From Octopus vulgaris (taxonomy: Eukaryota): DNA of 64,000 nt. A model generated the notes under the pieces. That model saw only the letters and a list, made by a program, of their open reading frames with translations, did no database searches and had not been told where the DNA came from. The stretch covers positions 35,898,001 through 35,962,000 of the forward strand of contig OX597834.1 of assembly GCA_951406725.2 (NCBI GenBank). The letters run 5' to 3'. This document shows positions 57,390 to 64,000 of the stretch, piece by piece. The translations under genes and the position numbers were made by a program. Numbering within the stretch: the stretch's first letter is position 1; each line of letters starts with the position of its first letter.

Positions 57390-57868
57390 TGTATATATAT
57401 TAAACACTGCTAAATTATATCGCTTCATGATTCTATAGTAAAAAGGAATTTTTGTGTTGTGGGCTGTGGAGTTGTTTTTGTTCTTGTTTTTTTCTTTTAG
57501 TCTAAACAGCCATAAAGTTTACACGTAAACAATTCCATAAATCTCTTCATGCCATTATCTATTTAGCTAATATAGAATCTCAAAGAAAAGAAAGAAGAAA
57601 AAGAAAATAAAACGAAATAAACGAAATTATTAAACTAATGCATGCCAATCCTGGTTCCTCGTTTATTTGGCGTTGGCACCAGTCCCAGTTCTAATTTTAA
57701 ACTCTTCGTCCTTCTGTACCATGTTGATTCCTGGTCATTTTATGTAGTCACTCCCTAAGAATAGAAGACCAGAAGAAGAAGAAACAGTCCGGGCATTGTC
57801 TGTTTGTTGGTTGGATATAAAGTTTGAAGCTAAAAAATAATAATAATAAATTATTATTATTATTATTA

Positions 57869-57951
<83 letters not shown>

Positions 57952-57958
57952 TTTGTTT

Positions 57959-58170
57959 AAGGCGGCGAGCTGGCAGAATCGTTAGCACGCTGGGCGAAAT
58001 GCTTAGCGGCATTTCACCCGTCTTCACATTCTGAGTTCAAATTCCGCCGAGGTCGACTTTGCCTTTCATGCTTTCGTGGTCGATAACATAAGTACCAGTT
58101 GAACACTGGGATCGATATAATCAACTAATCCACACCTCTCCCAAGCTGCCCTTGTGGCAAAAAAATTGAA
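57959..58170 (+). mobile_element. SINE family A, full length with short tail, between (TTA)n tracts
   Basis: aaggcggcgagctggcagaatcgttagc...cccttgtggcaaaaaaattgaaa. Confidence 0.9.
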
Positions 58171-58200
58171 ATGATAATAATAATTAAAAAAATAACGATA

Positions 58201-58251
<51 letters not shown>

Positions 58252-58299
58252 ATCATCATCACCATCATCATCATCATCATCATTATCATCATCATCATC

Positions 58300-59330
58300 A
58301 TTATTATTATATGAAAACTCACAGCTTAATATACTGAGTATAATAGAAAGTGTCAGCTGTCCACAACCCGCAGACTAAGGTGACACTTGTTTACTGGTCG
58401 TGCCTCAAGAACTCTGCGAAGAATTCTTGTAGTTCCAAGCAATGCTGATTTTTGTAGGTGTTCTACCTTCACACTTGCACCAGTCTTTTTCAGTCATGTT
58501 GGTAGTTGAGTGCTGATACTTCCAAGTGCACCAGTTACTATTGCTATCACGTCTACTCCCTTCATTGACCACAACCGTCATATTTCTCACTTTGAATCGT
58601 CATAGTTGTTTATTTTTTCTTCTTTTCTCACTTTGATCCTGTTCTCACCGGCACATGCCAAGTCGGTTATCATGGAAGTTCTTTCTCTTTTCACTCACCA
58701 CAATAATGTCCCGTTTCCGATGTCTGGTCAGGTGATCACACTGAATCATAACATCCCACAAGATTATACAATCTTTATTCTCTGTGACTTCTGGTGTTTT
58801 CTCATACCACGTCGTTGCTCTTTATAGACCGTGATTTCCACAGTGGTCCCAATGGATCAGTCTTGCCACATTGCCATGTCTTTTGTAATCGCGTTGTGCC
58901 AATTTCGGACATTCGCTAACGATGTGCCATATCGTTTCACTGCTCGCTCCACACATTCTGCATTTGTCACTCTCGGTAGTGTTGTCGATTCTGCACTTCA
59001 CATAGTTAGTCCTTAAAGCTTGAACTTGCCCTGCGCATTTAAGTGCTTCTGTCTCTATCTTGAGGTCACTCCTCCTTATCCATAGGCACCAGTCTTCTGT
59101 ATCTGTCAATTCTTCTTCCATGTTGTTTCTGTTTTTTTTTTTTGTGGGATGTATATGTTCTTTTCTTTAGGTATGTCTTTCTTCATACAATTACCAATTT
59201 TGAAGACGCTGGACTTCTTCACATGTTTCAACAATGGTTTCACGGTATTTTTTTACAATACCACTCTAAGCCGTTTTCCTCTGCTTCGCTACAATCCTGG
59301 CAACTGATCAAACCTCTCCCACACACAGAA
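58300..59330 (-). mobile_element. Degraded R4/Dong-like LINE 3' portion (CCHC knuckle + REL endonuclease) with (TAA)-type tail
   Basis: GRGLISC..., ETEAL.CAGQ.QALRT, CRMC...ETIWHIVSEC, RH.NVA, ILWD..IQCD, GALG and LQKSALLGTTRILRRVL motifs. Confidence 0.88.
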
Positions 59331-59427
59331 ACGACCCTTCATCAGTTGTCGGTTGTCTATCTACTCCTCATTTCGAGCACTCAATGACAATATGAATCTT
59401 CAAAGACAGTTGCTCCCGTAAATTCTA

Positions 59428-59807
59428 AAATACAATTTAAGATTTATGGAGAGTCAAAGTTGGGAACAAAAACATGACAGCGGAGACATACAAGGAAACC
59501 GAACGAAAACAAACATCTCCCCCTCCTCTATCACCGTTTTCTATCTTTCTCTCTCGTTGCTCACATGTGACCATCGTCCATCTTTCTTTTCCTCACGCGA
59601 CCATCTTTCTTTTCCTGCACAGACGTGTTTTTTATTCTCTCTCTCTTCTGTTTTTCTTTAAAAAAAAGTATCTCCCAGCGTTCACTATTTTCCTCTCATT
59701 CTGGTCTAACGACCCTCCACTTTTGTTTTCGTTCGGTTTCCTTGTATGTCTCCACTGTCATGCTTTTATTCCCAACTTTGACCCTCCATAAGTCCTAAAT
59801 TTTATTT
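59428..59807. repeat. ~86 bp inverted repeat with ~208 bp spacer
   Basis: 59428-59513 is the reverse complement of 59722-59807 with few mismatches. Confidence 0.9.
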
Positions 59808-60159
59808 CACTTCCAGGAGTAATTTCCACAGGTTATGAGAGTTACATCCTATTTCAATTGTACTGGGAGAAATAGTGAGGATAAGACGTTGTGGAGTGAG
59901 TTTAATGGGATGGTCCATATCACAGGGGTGGAAAGTTAGAGGCTAGCTGCTATGTATTAGAGAATCATAAAAATTAATAAACAAAGTTAACTTAATGTGG
60001 ACTTGTTTGGGGAAATCAATACTTAAGTATATCAGTATATCAATGACGGAATAATCTGGGTAAAATTATTGTGCGATGTTATTGCTTATTATTTATTAAC
60101 AAAAACCTCATATTGGATATTTATTATCACTTAGATGGTTGCTTAATCTCTAACTCATA

Positions 60160-60225
<66 letters not shown>

Positions 60226-60247
60226 CAACAAGGATATCCAGAGGTAA

Positions 60248-60339
60248 TGCAGTACGATCGTTTCATGCAACACCATTTAATTGAACAATGCAATCATTTC
60301 ATTACATCAATTTAAAATGCAGAGCAATCTTCAGCTGCA
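60248..60339 (-). ncRNA. Type I hammerhead ribozyme, intact core, extended stem II
   Basis: Minus strand TGCAG-CTGAAGA-T-TGC..~55 nt..GCA-T-GAAA-CGATCG-TA-CTGCA; stem I TGCAG/CTGCA, palindromic stem III, GUA site. Confidence 0.82.
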
Positions 60340-60820
60340 CAAAGACATAGAATTTAATTAAATTAGAACAGATGGACACATTAGTATAATTATACCTAAA
60401 ATCTCCAAGAAGTTAAGGAGATAGACAAAGAACATGCTGTTCTTACTCTAGCATAGAAGTTACTAAGCTTTTCCAGAAGATATACATTGTTACAGACTCT
60501 GCTTGTCACTAATTTTTTTTTGTTTTTATGGGGTCAGTTTTAATTTATAGACTAGTTTATCAAATCCTTGTATATCTAAGGTTGATAGAACAGAGGACAG
60601 TATCTGTTAGGGGTAGGGCTGAGGGAGCAGCCGACATCATAGTTGGTATAGTCATAAAAATCAAGATTTATTAGAAGCAATATCATGAGGTTTGGTAAAG
60701 GAAATCTTAAAACAAGATGTTTTATTTTGAAATTGTATGGATAATACTGTACTAAATTCTGGTGCCTCAACTTAAGTACCATATTCATCTGAATCTAAAT
60801 TTTTGCCGAACTCATCTACC

Positions 60821-60880
<60 letters not shown>

Positions 60881-60883
<3 letters not shown>

Positions 60884-61015
60884 CTACCTTCCCAACCATA
60901 TGGCTCCGCGTTCAGTACCAATGCATGGCATCTTGGGCAAGTGTCTTCCTCTATAGCCTCGGCCCGACCAAAGCTATCTGAATGGATTTGGAAGACAGAA
61001 ACTGAAAGAAGCCCG

Positions 61016-61094
<79 letters not shown>

Positions 61095-61300
61095 TTTCTG
61101 TGTGTGCCTGTGTTTGTTCCCCTCCATCTACCATCACTTGACAACTGATGCTGGTGTGTTAATGTCCCCGTATCCTAGCGGTTCGGCAAAAGAGACCGAT
61201 AGAATAAGTACTACGCTTACAAAGAATAAGCCACGGAGTCAAATTTTTCGACTAAAAACAAAAAAACTCTTTTAAGTCAAATGACTGAAATAAGTAAAAG
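60881..61300 (+). mobile_element. SINE family B with internal (TG)n
   Basis: Colinear with other family B copies. Confidence 0.85.
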
Positions 61301-61312
61301 AAAGAAAAAGAA

Positions 61313-61348
<36 letters not shown>

Positions 61349-61678
61349 TGTATATGTGTGTATATATAAATATGTATGTATATATATATGTATATATATA
61401 TGCATGTATATATATATGTATGTATATATATATATATATGTATATAATGTATATAATGTATATATATATACATACAAATATAAATGTGCGTACATACACA
61501 GACGCAAATTTAGATTCATATTTATATATTTATATACACGCCAACGAATACTCACACACACGTACACACACACACACAGATCTTACATCATCTTTGAACA
61601 AACCCTGCTCTCACTTCCTCCTTCCTCTTCCTCTGTCCGTCCATCTAACACAAATTAATTCTCAGAACAATCCGCCCG

Positions 61679-61728
<50 letters not shown>

Positions 61729-61874
61729 ACACACACGCGTGCGCGCGCGCACGCAGGGGCTGCACTTTTATCCCGGTCTTCGTGTACTCGACTACTAAAT
61801 CTACCCCGTGTTAAACTGCACGCAACAATACCTCTGGATTGGTTGCTTCTTCATCATGTTTGTGGAAAGAGTGG

Positions 61875-61929
<55 letters not shown>

Positions 61930-62407
61930 GTGTGTGTGTGTTGTGTGTGTGTGTGTGAGCATCTGTGTGAGGGTGTGTGTATGTGTAGTCAGTATCTTTG
62001 TATGTGTGTATGTGTGTATGTGTGTATGTGTGTTTGTGTTTGAGTGTGTGTGTGTGTGTGAGCATATGTGTGAGGGTGTGTGTATGTGTACCTCAGTATC
62101 TGTGTGTGAGTGTGCGTGTGAGCATCTGTGTGAGGGTGTGTGTATGTGTACGTAAGCATGTGTGTGTGTGAGAGAGAGAGAGAGAGATCATCTCTGTGAG
62201 GATGTGTGTATGTGTAGTTAGTATCTGTGTGAGTGTGTGTGTGTGTGTAGTTAGTATCTGTGTGAGTGTGAGTGCGCGTGTGTACATGTATGTGTGCGTG
62301 CGTGTATGTAAAGGTATATCTATACATGTGTGTGTGTGGACGCGTGTTCGTACGTCTGTATATGTACATATACGTGTGTCTGTGTATGTATGTGCGAATG
62401 TGTGTGC

Positions 62408-62510
62408 GTGTGTGTGTATGTTTGTGTGCGTGCGCGTACGTAGGAATATACACGACGTGTGTGTGTGTATGTTTGTGTGCGTGCGCGTACGTAGGAATAT
62501 ACACGTGTGT
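62408..62510. repeat. Two-copy ~50 bp tandem repeat within a TG-rich tract
   Basis: gtgtgtgtgtatgtttgtgtgcgtgcgcgtacgtaggaatatacacg occurs twice. Confidence 0.85.
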
Positions 62511-62806
62511 GTGTGTGTGTGTGTAAGAGTTTGAAGTGGTCCTTTGTGTATGCTTGCGGTAGATTAATCACATGTACGTGGGGGGAGGGTGGGATGGGGT
62601 GGGACAAGAGGAGCTGGACGAGGAGGAGGAGGAGGTGGAGAGGGGGGGTTTCGTGAAACAAATAGCTGGTGTTGGAAGCTGGTTGGCTGGTTGGTTGGTC
62701 GGGTGATTGGGTGGTGGTGGTTGTAGTGGTGGTGGTTGTAGTGGTGGTGGTAGTGGTGAGAGTTGATCACGGCAGTACCGAGAACAAAACAGGCATGCGG
62801 ACACAC

Positions 62807-62843
<37 letters not shown>

Positions 62844-63115
62844 AGTAAGCACATAAAATGCAAAATAAGGTGGAAAAAATAGTACTCGAATACCAAAGGT
62901 AGAGTAATATACTATTTATTAAAACTGAAAAGTGATTTTTCTCAGCTTTAATAAATAGGCTCGTGTGTGTGTGTGTTTTTATGGTGGAGCATATATATAC
63001 TTATACGTATATATATATATATATATATATATATGTTTTGTATATCTATCTATCTATCTATCTATCTATATATATATATATATATGTTTTGTATATCTAT
63101 CTATATATATATATG

Positions 63116-63151
<36 letters not shown>

Positions 63152-63198
63152 ATATTTATATATATGTGTGTGTACATATATACATTATATATGTATTA

Positions 63199-63266
<68 letters not shown>

Positions 63267-63427
63267 ATATCTGTCAGTCTATATCTTTGTTATCAATGTC
63301 ATGTACTTAATGTGCCACGCGTTGCTAAACATTCTTACGCTACGGTAATTTTTGCAGGGAAGGTCTCTTTAAAAACATGGAGTGTTATAAAAAAAATATA
63401 CATTATAATTCAAAGCCAGGCAAAACT

Positions 63428-63980
63428 AATCGCCCTAGAAGTGAACAACACCAGATATGAATAGTTCGCAGTTATTTCTGCTCATCAGTACCGTATACTT
63501 GATTCACCTCGAAGCGAATTCGAATCCTTCGCCTGAAGGTATCATAAAATCTATCTGCTGATGTGCAAAAGTGCGTCACAAATAAAACAAGGCTAAGTAA
63601 GTATACGGCACTGATGAGCAGGAATAATTATGAAATATCTATACCTGTCGTTCTCGTCCACATTGCCTGGGTTTTTAGCACTCTACGTCTTTAAAGAAAC
63701 CCTCTCTGGAAAAAAATACCGCAACCTAAATGCATTTAACAACAAACACATATTAAGTATGTGACACTGATTACGTTTTCATTATAGAACTACATCTATT
63801 ACAAAATTTGTATTTTGTTCTACTTGTGTAGCGGTTTTTACACATCAGCGGATAGATTTTATACTATCTGCATACACTTCAAGCCAGCGTTTCGAAGGCG
63901 AATAGAGTATACAGTTCTGATTAGTTGAAACGACTGTGAAATAATGATATCTGTCGTTCTTGTTCACTTCCGGAACGATT
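63428..63980. mobile_element. Palindromic non-coding element with three related hammerhead motifs
   Basis: 63428-63590 is an imperfect inverted copy of 63815-63980; hammerhead motifs at 63448-63494 (-), 63605-63651 (+) and 63911-63957 (+). Confidence 0.78.
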
Positions 63981-64000
63981 ATAAATATATATATATATAT

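Overview
Eukaryotic, AT-rich, non-genic (intronic or intergenic) window saturated with microsatellites. The repeat content strongly suggests a coleoid cephalopod, probably Octopus; this is an inference from the SINE families and the simple-repeat load. No host protein-coding exon can be supported, and nearly all ORFs in the track are translations of simple repeats. Real coding remnants are all transposon-derived: a 5'-truncated Naiad-type Penelope-like element (RT thumb + GIY-YIG, 55375-56463), several R4/Dong-like REL-endonuclease LINE pieces, Tx1/L1, CR1 and RTE LINE pieces, and mariner relics. Non-coding repeats include a mariner MITE, a complete non-autonomous Helitron and four SINE families. 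The most notable signal is about ten type I hammerhead-ribozyme motifs, two with fully intact cores. They belong to several unrelated non-coding elements lodged in or near (TA)n tracts, some with partial-tandem or inverted architecture. This looks like a multi-family set of retrozyme/Penelope-pLTR-like self-cleaving RNA elements lying beside a candidate Naiad-type mobiliser.
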